DNA of 64,000 bases from an uncultured Bacilli bacterium. GTDB lineage: Bacteria; Bacillota_I; Bacilli_A; RF39; UBA660. This document shows, piece by piece, positions 55,777 to 64,000 of the stretch. The position numbers and the translations under genes were made by a program. The notes beneath the pieces are model-generated. The model searched no databases. It was not told where the DNA came from and worked only from the letters and a program-made list of their open reading frames with translations. Each line of letters begins with the position of its first letter. Position 1 is the stretch's first letter. The DNA is taken from contig CAJTLN010000002.1 of the NCBI GenBank assembly GCA_910577505.1, positions 114,740 through 178,739 on the forward strand, read 5' to 3'.

Positions 55777-57582
55777 ATGCAAAAATATAATAGTAGAGAT
55801 GAAGTACCTGAAGAATTTAAATGGGATTTAACTCCATTCTTTAAAAATAATGACGAATTTGAAGATAGTTATAAAAAGACAAAAGAATTAGCTTTAGAAT
55901 TAAAAGATTATGTTGGGTGTACTAAAGATGCTAATAGATTGTATGAATTCTTAAAAAAGCAAATAGAGTGCATTGCTTTATGGGAAGATTTATATGTTTA
56001 TGCATATTTGATTAATGATCAAGAGCTTGGAATTTCAGAAAGTATGGAAAGAAAAAACAGATCAGAACAGTTAAATACTATTTTAACTACAAATACTAGT
56101 TTTTTTGCTCCAGAGTTATTAAGATTATCAAAAGAAGAATATGATGCATTGTTTAAAAATAATTCTAAATTAGAAGAATTTAGAGCAGATTTGGATAGTA
56201 CTTATAGAGAAAAAGAACATGTTTTATCGGAGAATGAAGAAGTTATTGTAAGTCAATTAACTGATGCAATGAATCATTTTGACGATATGTCTTCGGCTTT
56301 ATTAAATAAAGAACATGATTATGGAAAAATAAAATTAGAAGATGGTAGTGTTTCTACTATTGCTCCAAATAATTTTCGTTCTTTGATGCGTAATAAAGAT
56401 GAAAATATACGTAAGAGAGTTTATAACCTATTTAATAAAAAGTTAATGCAATATGCAGATAGTAATGCAATGTATTTAAATAGTTATGTTTCTATGAATG
56501 ATACAATTGCTAAAATTCGTCATTATAAAGATTCTTGGAATAGTAAATTATTTGGTTTAAATTTAAGTGATAAAGTATTTAAAACATTAGTTAAAGTTAC
56601 TGAGGATGGATATGATACTTTACATAGATATTATGAATTAAAAAAGCATGCTTTAGGATTAGATACAATGCATAGATATGATTTGTATTTAGAAATGGCT
56701 AAGTCTGAAAAAGAATATAGTATACCTGAAGCACAAAAGTTAATACGTGAAGCATTAAGACCATTAGGGGAAAAATATTTAGAAAAGTATGATAAAGTTA
56801 TTAAAAATCGTTATATTGATTATTGCCAATATAAAGGGAAATGTAGCGGTGGATACTCATTTTCTACAGTGTTACAAGATTCTAGAATACTAATGAGTTA
56901 TAATTATACTTTGGATTCTGTTTCAACAATAGCACATGAAGCAGGTCATAATATTCATCATCAATTCGTAGGGGAAAATAATCCTTATCAATATCGTTTC
57001 CCATCTTCAATTGTTGCAGAAGTTGCTTCTTTAACAAATGAATGTTTACTTTCTAATTACTTAGCTGAGCATGGCGAAACAAAAGAAGAAAAATTAGCGG
57101 GTCTTGCCAACATTATGGGAGTTATTACAAGCAATTTATTTGATGCGGTAAGAGAAGGTAAACTTGAACAAGAAATGTATCAAGAAGTACATAAAGGCGG
57201 AATGATTACTAAAGAATTCTTAAATAAAAAAGCTAAGTCTTCTTTAAAAAAATATTATGGTCCAGTTGTAAAAATGGATAAATATGCTGCTAATACATGG
57301 ATAACTAGAAGTCATTATTATATGCATTTTTATCTATATAGTTATTCAATTTGCATAAGTGTTGCTTCAAATGTAGCATCTAAAATTCTTGTAGGAGATA
57401 AAAAGATGCTTGATAGTTATATGAAATTTTTATGTGCAGGATCTGATAAATGGCCTAATGAAGCATTTGCGATTTTAGGAATAGATTTAGAGGATAGTTC
57501 TGTATATGAAAATGCTATAAAGTATTTTGATTCATTAATTGATAAATATTATGAAATACTTAATGAAGATGAGGTGAAATAA
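55777..57582 (+). CDS. pepF: oligoendopeptidase F (peptidase M3B)
   Basis: About 600 aa with HEAGH zinc motif (...[13 protein letters not shown]...) and PepF-like overall layout. Inserted between dnaK and dnaJ. Confidence 0.75.
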   Translation: MQKYNSRDEVPEEFKWDLTPFFKNNDEFEDSYKKTKELALELKDYVGCTKDANRLYEFLKKQIECIALWEDLYVYAYLINDQELGISESMERKNRSEQLNTILTTNTSFFAPELLRLSKEEYDALFKNNSKLEEFRADLDSTYREKEHVLSENEEVIVSQLTDAMNHFDDMSSALLNKEHDYGKIKLEDGSVSTIAPNNFRSLMRNKDENIRKRVYNLFNKKLMQYADSNAMYLNSYVSMNDTIAKIRHYKDSWNSKLFGLNLSDKVFKTLVKVTEDGYDTLHRYYELKKHALGLDTMHRYDLYLEMAKSEKEYSIPEAQKLIREALRPLGEKYLEKYDKVIKNRYIDYCQYKGKCSGGYSFSTVLQDSRILMSYNYTLDSVSTIAHEAGHNIHHQFVGENNPYQYRFPSSIVAEVASLTNECLLSNYLAEHGETKEEKLAGLANIMGVITSNLFDAVREGKLEQEMYQEVHKGGMITKEFLNKKAKSSLKKYYGPVVKMDKYAANTWITRSHYYMHFYLYSYSICISVASNVASKILVGDKKMLDSYMKFLCAGSDKWPNEAFAILGIDLEDSSVYENAIKYFDSLIDKYYEILNEDEVK

Positions 57583-58709
57583 TGGCTAGTAGTAGAAATT
57601 ATTATGATGTTTTAGGTGTTTCTAAGACGGCTACAGATGCAGAAATTAAAAGTGCATTTAGAAAATTAGCTAAACAATATCATCCAGATATTAATAAAGA
57701 GCCTGGAGCTGAGGAAAAGTTTAAAGAGATTGGTGAAGCTTACGCAGTATTAAGTGATTCTGAAAAACGTAAACAATATGATCAATTTGGGCATGAAGCA
57801 TTCACACAAGGAGCTGCACAAGGTGGATTTGGTGGAGGATTCGGAGGATTTTCTGCCGATGATATTGATTTATCTAGTATCTTCGATGATTTATTTGGTG
57901 GTGGAATGTTTGGAGGAGGATCTCGTAGAGGACAAAATAGAAATCGTCCTACGAAGGGAAGAGATTCTTTAGTAAATGTAACACTAACTTTCGAAGAAGC
58001 TGTATTTGGTTGCAAAAAAACTATTAATATAGATTTAGATTCAGAATGTGAGTCTTGTGATGGAAAAGGTGGAAGTGGCGAAGAAACATGTTCTACTTGT
58101 GGTGGTAGAGGAAGAGTTATCACACAACAAAGAACGATGTTTGGAGTTTTCCAATCTGAAACAACTTGCCCTGATTGTAATGGGAAAGGTAAGTCATATA
58201 AAAATGTATGTAAAAAATGTAATGGTAGTGGACATGTAGTAAAAAATAAAGAAATAGAAATTACTGTTCCAGAAGGTGTTGATACAGGACATCAACTGCG
58301 TATTACAGGTAAAGGTGCTGCGGGATATAATGGTGGCCCTAATGGTGATATTTATATTGAATTTAAAGTAAAAGATCATCCGTTATTTGAAAGAAAAGAA
58401 AATGATATTTATGTAGATGTACCACTTACAATTACAGAAGCGGTTTTAGGTTGTAAAAAAGAAATACCAACATTATCTGGAAGTGTAGTATTAACAATTG
58501 ATGCAGGAAGTCAACCTGGAGATCAATTACGACTTAGGGGTAAAGGAGTTAAAGATCCTGTTCGAAATAAAAAAGGCGATATGTATGTTGTTTTAGATGT
58601 AGTTATTCCAGATAAATTAGATAGAAAACAAAAAGAGTTATTTAAAGAGTTAGATAAAACAGACTTAGAAACAGGTAATAGTTTTAAAAACTTTAAAAAA
58701 TATCTATAA
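57582..58709 (+). CDS. dnaJ: molecular chaperone DnaJ
   Basis: J-domain YYDVLGV...HPD (HPD motif), a G/F-rich region, and four CxxCxGxG zinc-finger repeats. Confidence 0.95.
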   Translation: MASSRNYYDVLGVSKTATDAEIKSAFRKLAKQYHPDINKEPGAEEKFKEIGEAYAVLSDSEKRKQYDQFGHEAFTQGAAQGGFGGGFGGFSADDIDLSSIFDDLFGGGMFGGGSRRGQNRNRPTKGRDSLVNVTLTFEEAVFGCKKTINIDLDSECESCDGKGGSGEETCSTCGGRGRVITQQRTMFGVFQSETTCPDCNGKGKSYKNVCKKCNGSGHVVKNKEIEITVPEGVDTGHQLRITGKGAAGYNGGPNGDIYIEFKVKDHPLFERKENDIYVDVPLTITEAVLGCKKEIPTLSGSVVLTIDAGSQPGDQLRLRGKGVKDPVRNKKGDMYVVLDVVIPDKLDRKQKELFKELDKTDLETGNSFKNFKKYL

Positions 58710-58731
58710 GAGCTTTATAAAGCTCTTTTTC
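58709..58731 (+). terminator. rho-independent terminator after dnaJ
   Basis: agagcttta-taaagctct hairpin followed by T5. Confidence 0.65.
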
Positions 58732-58781
58732 TTTTTATATTTTTTTGTTATACTTAAAATAGTGAAAAGGGTGAAGATAAC

Positions 58782-60068
58782 GTGGCTAAATTTTGGAATA
58801 TGGACAATAAATACTCAATAATTATTGTATCTATGGTTGGTGTTTTTGTTATATTAGTTATATTAGCTGTAATATTTAGTAACGTGAAATTTGAGGCGAA
58901 AACTGAAGGAACTGTTGCAAAAATAATTAATGATGGAGATTTAACGATAAATTATGTCGATGGAGATATGATAGATTTTAATGATTCTAAAGAACATTCT
59001 TATGGTGTTACTATAACAAATACATCTGATGCCAAATTATACTATTCTATTTATTTTAGCTCTGCTAATGTAGATGCGAATGTAAGAATAAATGATTATG
59101 AAGGTAAAACAGTTAATGAATTAAGTGAAGATATAACTAAAAATAAGTTGATTAATCTTTATAGTATAGAAAGTGGAGAAACATTAAGATATACAATAGT
59201 TATAAAGAGTAAAAGTAAGTTTAAAGGTAATTTAAACGTTGTTAATGAGTCTTTAACAACGGATACTTTTTCTGATTTAATATTATTAAATAACAATATC
59301 TCAGTACCTAAAACTAGAGTAGGTGAAGAAATTGCTACAAAGAATGAGGGATTAATTACGACAATTGATAATAGAGGAACTTCTTATTATTTTAGGGGAG
59401 CAGTATTAAATAACTATGTAAAATTAGGAAATATCTTATTTAGAGTTGTTAGAATTAATGGTGATAGTACTGTAAGATTAGTTTTAGATAATGCGTTAGA
59501 AACTCAATTGGCGTATAATACAAACTCATTAGCTCAAGATCAAGAGCCTTCGTCACTAGCTTTACTTTCTGGGGCATCTATATTAACTTCATTAAATACA
59601 TGGATGGAAGAGAATTTAGCTGATTATTTATCATATTTAACAGTTGGGGATTATTGTACTGATACTAATTTTAATAATAATATAAATGGAATTAACTATT
59701 CTTCTGCATACAATAGAAATATTGTTGATAAAGAACCAGACTTATTTTGTACTGGAGAGGTATATACTGGTAAAGTTGGATTATTGAGTGCTGATGAAGT
59801 AGTATTTGCGGGAGCATCTACTAATATACCTAATAGTAGTTATTATTTGTATAATAAAGATATTCAAGGGAACTATGTAACAAATAGTAGTTATTCTGTT
59901 AATTCTGCTAATAATGTAGCAATGATAAATGTAATGTCAAATGGAGCTTTTGGAGATGGTATTCTAATAAATAATATTTCTTATGTAAGACCTGTTATAA
60001 ATGTTAGTATAAGTGCTAAAGTTAAAGGGTCAGGTACATTAAAAGATCCATATATTATTGTTTCTTAA
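58782..60068 (+). CDS. secreted/anchored paralog of the N-terminal region of the 1297-aa protein (TasA-like N-domain + YY(F/Y)RGA...RLV and LLSADEVV(F/Y)AG blocks)
   Basis: N-terminal hydrophobic segment IIIVSMVGVFVILVILAVIF. SYGVTITNTSDAKLYYSIYF aligns with YTVKNTSNSYYADVEVSCKS. GTSYYFRGAVLNNYVKLGNILFRVVRINGDSTVRLV aligns with GNKVYYYRGATANNDVIFADKCWKILRTSENGGIKLV. VGLLSADEVVFAG aligns with IGMLTADELVYAG. Start is GTG 58782 or ATG 58797. Confidence 0.55.
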   Translation: MAKFWNMDNKYSIIIVSMVGVFVILVILAVIFSNVKFEAKTEGTVAKIINDGDLTINYVDGDMIDFNDSKEHSYGVTITNTSDAKLYYSIYFSSANVDANVRINDYEGKTVNELSEDITKNKLINLYSIESGETLRYTIVIKSKSKFKGNLNVVNESLTTDTFSDLILLNNNISVPKTRVGEEIATKNEGLITTIDNRGTSYYFRGAVLNNYVKLGNILFRVVRINGDSTVRLVLDNALETQLAYNTNSLAQDQEPSSLALLSGASILTSLNTWMEENLADYLSYLTVGDYCTDTNFNNNINGINYSSAYNRNIVDKEPDLFCTGEVYTGKVGLLSADEVVFAGASTNIPNSSYYLYNKDIQGNYVTNSSYSVNSANNVAMINVMSNGAFGDGILINNISYVRPVINVSISAKVKGSGTLKDPYIIVS

Positions 60069-60151
60069 TGTAAAAAAATATAAATTATTTTATTTCATTA
60101 TTTATAAATGAAAAAAATGGTGTTATACTCAAATGGTAGGGAGATGTAATT

Positions 60152-60820
60152 ATGAATTATTTACTAAATATTCTTGATGCAATATCAGAATCTAGTACTT
60201 TTTTCTTAGTATTAATTATTTTATTAATTATAGTTTCTCTATCTATGCTTTATTTACTTTATGTACAAAAAAAAGAAATATCTGAAAAAAATATTGAAAG
60301 TCAGATGACTAATCAAAGACAGATAATTGAGCAGGTTGAGGAGATTAATGCTACTCCAAATGAAGTAGTACAAGAAAATAATGAATTACAATCTGGTTTA
60401 TCGACTGAAAATTCAACTGTTCAAACATCTGAATTGGTTGAGATTACGGATGATGAAATTCCAAAAGAATTAGAATATACTCAAGCTTTATGGGAGAATG
60501 ATAGTTTTGATTTAAAGAGTGTTACTCAAGAATTAGAAGCATTACCAAGAGAGAAAACAATTCAACTTACTCCTTATGAGGCTGAACAAGAAGAAAAAGC
60601 AATAATAAGTTATGATGAACTAATAGGTCAGACTGATAGAATTGATATTAATTATAATAAATCAAAAAAAATTGAAAATGATGTTTATGTAAAACAAAGT
60701 GATTTGAATAAGAGTAATCAGTTTGAAGATAAAAGGGTTAATAAAGTTGATGTTACGACTTATGAGCATGAAGAGGCCTTTTTAGAAGCCTTGAAGCAAT
60801 TACAAAAAATATTAAATTAG
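60152..60820 (+). CDS. hypothetical N-terminally anchored protein
   Basis: RBS gggaga. TM helix FFLVLIILLIIVSLSMLYLLYV, then a Q/E-rich soluble region. Confidence 0.45.
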   Translation: MNYLLNILDAISESSTFFLVLIILLIIVSLSMLYLLYVQKKEISEKNIESQMTNQRQIIEQVEEINATPNEVVQENNELQSGLSTENSTVQTSELVEITDDEIPKELEYTQALWENDSFDLKSVTQELEALPREKTIQLTPYEAEQEEKAIISYDELIGQTDRIDINYNKSKKIENDVYVKQSDLNKSNQFEDKRVNKVDVTTYEHEEAFLEALKQLQKILN

Positions 60821-60839
60821 GACTCTTAGGAGTCTTTTT
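60820..60839 (+). terminator. rho-independent terminator (short stem)
   Basis: gactc-ttag-gagtc hairpin followed by T5. Confidence 0.45.
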
Positions 60840-60857
60840 GTGTAGGGAGAGTATGTT

Positions 60858-62135
60858 ATGGTAAAAAATAAAGAAAAAAAAGAATATATTTTAGAATATG
60901 ATATGATTTTTGCTAATGTCTTATCTTTTCTTTTATTGATTATAGCTATAGGAATTACTGGTGTAATAATTGTTTTATTTAAGCTACCTAATAATTTTAG
61001 TATTTATTTAGAGGATAATAATTTAAGTTTTTATTTTGGTATATTTTTTATTATAATGATTTTTTGGATGGTTTTACATGAAATAATACACGGGATTGCT
61101 TATCAAGTTATGGGAGCTAAAAACGAAAATATTGTTTTTGGAGCAGCAATTGAAAAAGGGGTTTTTTATTGTAAATGTAAGGAATATATTGATAAGAAGT
61201 GTATTATGGTTTCGCTTATTTCGCCTTTTATTTTAATAGGAGTTGTTACTTATATAATTGGTTTTATAATAAAGTCTCCTTTACTTATCATTTTATCTAT
61301 TATAAATATTTCTGGAGCTTCTGGGGATTTAATGATGTTTAGTTTCTTTTTAAAACAAGATAATGATGTTGAATTTAAAGAGTTAGGTTTTTCTTCCCCT
61401 TTTGTTCTAAGAACTAGTAAGAATTTGAATGAAAAAAAATATTTAGGTATTAAATCGATTAAAGAAGTAAAAGATGAATCAGAAACAAAAGAGGGACCAG
61501 AAAAGAAAATACATATTAGTAAAGCTTCATGGATTTTTATAATAGTTATGCTAATTTTATTAATATTATTGTTTGTTTTACAAACAATAAATAATAATAT
61601 AGACAAAAGTGAATTAAATGAAAATTATGGTGTAGTAGAAGAGGAAAGCGAAGTTACTGATGCATTAGAAAAATATGATGGTGAAAAGATAGAATGGAAT
61701 GTTGTTAACGATTCAAAGGTTAAAGAAATACCAGGTGTTATTTTTAGAAGACTTGATGGAAATATTGTAGCAGATGACGGGATGTCTGAAAAAAATGTTT
61801 TTACTAATTTTTATTCATTAAAAAATGTATTTTTATATGATCTTACAAATGATAATGTACCTGAAATAATAGCATCATTTGACTGCTGTTATGGCGTTTC
61901 TATTGGAGTCATAGAAATTTATGATTGGGTTAGTAATATTACTTATATTTTTACTGAAGAAAATTATCATAAATATTATTTGTATTCAAAAAACAATAAA
62001 GTTTATTTATTAGATTGGGATTTTGATAACCAATATTATGCTTTTCGTGGAAGTTTGAAGTTAGAAGAAGAATTTATGGATGATGATAATTCTAATTATA
62101 GAAAACTTACAATAAAGCAGGAGGAAGAACTATAA
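60858..62135 (+). CDS. membrane-embedded HExxH zincin-like protein (DUF3267-like putative metalloprotease) with C-terminal extracytoplasmic domain
   Basis: RBS gggaga. LHEIIHGIAYQVMGA lies at a TM helix boundary. About 5 TM helices, and the C-terminal ~190 aa are soluble. Confidence 0.45.
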   Translation: MVKNKEKKEYILEYDMIFANVLSFLLLIIAIGITGVIIVLFKLPNNFSIYLEDNNLSFYFGIFFIIMIFWMVLHEIIHGIAYQVMGAKNENIVFGAAIEKGVFYCKCKEYIDKKCIMVSLISPFILIGVVTYIIGFIIKSPLLIILSIINISGASGDLMMFSFFLKQDNDVEFKELGFSSPFVLRTSKNLNEKKYLGIKSIKEVKDESETKEGPEKKIHISKASWIFIIVMLILLILLFVLQTINNNIDKSELNENYGVVEEESEVTDALEKYDGEKIEWNVVNDSKVKEIPGVIFRRLDGNIVADDGMSEKNVFTNFYSLKNVFLYDLTNDNVPEIIASFDCCYGVSIGVIEIYDWVSNITYIFTEENYHKYYLYSKNNKVYLLDWDFDNQYYAFRGSLKLEEEFMDDDNSNYRKLTIKQEEEL

Positions 62136-62307
62136 AAAAGTAAATTACATCTGTTATATAAAAGTGAACTTATTGCATATATAAAAGTTGTGATTTAGAA
62201 AAGATGAGCCCAATTGATAATAAAAGGTATAAAATTTATGTTATAAAAGATAATTTAGGAAATTATCTTTTTTTGTGCTATAATTTTGTTTGAATTAGGT
62301 GATGTAT

Positions 62308-63582
62308 ATGAAGTTTAATATATTAACATTTGGATGTAAGGTTAATTCTTATGAATCTGAATATATGAAGGAACAACTAATTAATCATGGATATATTTAT
62401 GAAGATGATTATAAGTCAAGTGATATAGTTATAGTTAATACTTGCAGTGTTACTAATACTGCAGATAATAAATGTAAAAAGATGATTAGAAATGTTAGGA
62501 GAGATAATAATGATGCTCTTTTAATGGTTTGTGGTTGTACAGCAGAGAATCATCGTGATGAACTTAATGATTTAGATATAGATATATTAATTGGTAATAA
62601 GGAAAAATCTAAGGTTATAGAATTAATTGAAGATCATCAAACTAGTCATGAAAAATATATTAAATTTTATAATGATAGAAGATTACCTTTTGAAGATATG
62701 AAAGTTAATGAGTTTAATGATAAAACGAGAGCTTATGTTAAGATTCAAGATGGATGTAATAATTATTGTGCCTATTGTATTATTCCTTATGTAAGAGGAA
62801 GTATTAGAAGCAAGGGATTTTTAGAAGCTGTTTCAGAAATTAAAGAATTAGTATATAAGGGACATAAAGAAATAGTTTTTACAGGTATTAACACTGGTGC
62901 TTATGGAAAAGAAACTGGTAAATATGATTTAACTGATTTAATTAGAGAAATCTCTAAGATTGACGGACTAGAAAGAATAAGAGTATCTAGTATAGAAATT
63001 ACAGAAATAAATGATAAGTTTATTCTAGAAATGAAAAATAATAAGAAGTTATGTGGACATTTGCATGTTTCTTTGCAATCTGGTAGTGAGAGAATCTTAA
63101 ATATTATGAATAGAAAATATACTAAACAAGAATATTTAGATAAAATAAATAAGTTAAGAGAAGCAAGACCTGATATTAATTTAACTACTGATGTTATTGT
63201 TGGTTTTCCAACTGAGACTGAAGAAGAGTTCTTAGAATGTATAGATTATTGTAAGTTAGTAGGTTTTAGTAAAATACATGTTTTTCCTTATTCGAAGAGA
63301 GAGGGAACTAAAGCTGCAGAAATGGATGGACATTTACCAAATAATATTAAGAAAGATAGGGCAAGAAGGTTAATTCTAATAGATAATGATTTACAGCTTA
63401 AGTATAATCAAAAGTTTATTGGTAAGATGGTTAATGTTTTAGTAGAAGAAATAATAGATGGAAAATCTATTGGTCATACAGAGAATTTCTTGAAAGTTAT
63501 AATTGATAAAGAATTGGATACTAATAGATGTTATGATGTAGTTATTAAAGAAGCTTATATTGATTATGTTAAAGGAGAATAA
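62308..63582 (+). CDS. mtaB: MiaB-like tRNA methylthiotransferase (MtaB/YqeV family; radical SAM)
   Basis: MTTase N-domain with Cys (FGCKVNSYES...NTCSVT), radical SAM IQDGCNNYCAYCIIP, and a C-terminal TRAM-like segment. Confidence 0.8.
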   Translation: MKFNILTFGCKVNSYESEYMKEQLINHGYIYEDDYKSSDIVIVNTCSVTNTADNKCKKMIRNVRRDNNDALLMVCGCTAENHRDELNDLDIDILIGNKEKSKVIELIEDHQTSHEKYIKFYNDRRLPFEDMKVNEFNDKTRAYVKIQDGCNNYCAYCIIPYVRGSIRSKGFLEAVSEIKELVYKGHKEIVFTGINTGAYGKETGKYDLTDLIREISKIDGLERIRVSSIEITEINDKFILEMKNNKKLCGHLHVSLQSGSERILNIMNRKYTKQEYLDKINKLREARPDINLTTDVIVGFPTETEEEFLECIDYCKLVGFSKIHVFPYSKREGTKAAEMDGHLPNNIKKDRARRLILIDNDLQLKYNQKFIGKMVNVLVEEIIDGKSIGHTENFLKVIIDKELDTNRCYDVVIKEAYIDYVKGE

Positions 63583-63678
63583 AATAATTAATTCTTCTTT
63601 TTCTTATGTTGAAAAAGAGAATGATTTATTATATAATTTTATATAGTAAGGGCAGTGTTAACTGTAACGGTGATATAT

Positions 63679-64000
63679 ATGAAAAATGATAATGATTTAA
63701 ATTTAGATTTTATTGTATCTAGAAGATATAAGTTGACAGAAAGTACACTAAATGAAGTTGCGGATGAAATCCAAAAAAAATATGGTGTTGAAGTATTAGG
63801 AATAGTAGAAAATGAAGATGGTTATGTTTTTAGAGGAAAGTATGGATTTACGATTGGAGATTTAACTTATGATATAAAACAGGGAAGGTATAGTAAATTC
63901 AATTATCATCGTGGAGTTAAGGAAAGTATAAGAGAAAAGGATGAAGCTATGAAAAGAGCTTCTAGACGCAAGTATAAGGTTCAAAGAAATAGAATTGGTG
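63679..64000 (+). CDS. hypothetical protein, 5' part (runs off the window end)
   Basis: ATG 63679 opens a frame (MKNDNDLNLDFIVSRRYKLTESTLNEVADEIQKKYGVEVLGIV...) that is uninterrupted to the window end. Confidence 0.3.
   Translation, partial: MKNDNDLNLDFIVSRRYKLTESTLNEVADEIQKKYGVEVLGIVENEDGYVFRGKYGFTIGDLTYDIKQGRYSKFNYHRGVKESIREKDEAMKRASRRKYKVQRNRIG

Noticed and set aside
57754-58379. Four short ORFs (57754..57972 +, 57782..58123 -, 58048..58239 +, 58194..58379 -) inside dnaJ
   Set aside because: All lie within the unambiguous dnaJ coding region in alternative frames or on the opposite strand. The Pro/Gly-rich antisense translation is the mirror of the dnaJ G/F and Cys-repeat regions.
61250-61606. 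118-aa minus-strand ORF
   Set aside because: Antisense within the DUF3267-like gene 60858..62135.
1-64000. Search for tRNA, rRNA, CRISPR arrays, integrases, phage structural genes and IS elements
   Set aside because: No cloverleaf-like GC-rich ~75-nt segments or rRNA-like conserved blocks were seen (all intergenic regions are extremely AT-rich). No short direct repeats separated by unique spacers. No tyrosine/serine recombinase or DDE transposase motifs. The only mobile-element-like gene is the lone Rpn/PDDEXK nuclease, listed as a CDS.

Overview
This is a very AT-rich chromosomal window, by eye well under 35% GC, from a low-GC Gram-positive (Firmicutes-type) bacterium. Almost all genes are on the + strand. 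Two conserved housekeeping blocks are present. The first runs pyrG(partial) ... rimM-trmD-rplS-lepB ... rbgA(ylqF)-rnhB-LtaS-like-topA. The second is the lepA ... hemW ... hrcA-grpE-dnaK-(pepF)-dnaJ cluster, here broken up by accessory insertions. Three accessory regions stand out. (1) 2.1-11.2 kb is a cell-envelope cluster. It holds a FemAB-family peptidyltransferase and an Amidase_2 hydrolase. These are followed by three paralogous Tyr-rich secreted proteins with a conserved C-terminal NP(E/D)T + hydrophobic helix + Lys-rich tail, which resembles a sortase-B-type sorting signal. Two of these are each followed by a paralogous Wzy_C (O-antigen-ligase / O-oligosaccharyltransferase-like) polytopic membrane protein. 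(2) 44.4-52.0 kb is a SipW/TasA-like locus. It contains an ER/archaeal-type signal peptidase I with an unusual ~265-aa polytopic N-terminal extension, a bitopic membrane protein, and four paralogous proteins with TasA/camelysin-like N-terminal signal-plus-beta-sandwich regions. One paralog is a 1297-aa multi-module protein ending in a GH3 (NagZ-like) hexosaminidase domain. (3) 58.8-62.1 kb holds a further paralog of that family plus a DUF3267-like membrane zincin. No rRNA, tRNA, CRISPR, phage or IS element was recognised. One Rpn/PDDEXK-type nuclease ('transposase_31-like') gene with 12-nt periodic C-terminal repeats is present. Regulatory signals that can be read directly include two CIRCE operators overlapping a consensus sigma-A promoter upstream of hrcA, an extended -10 promoter plus leader upstream of rplS, and many rho-independent terminators.
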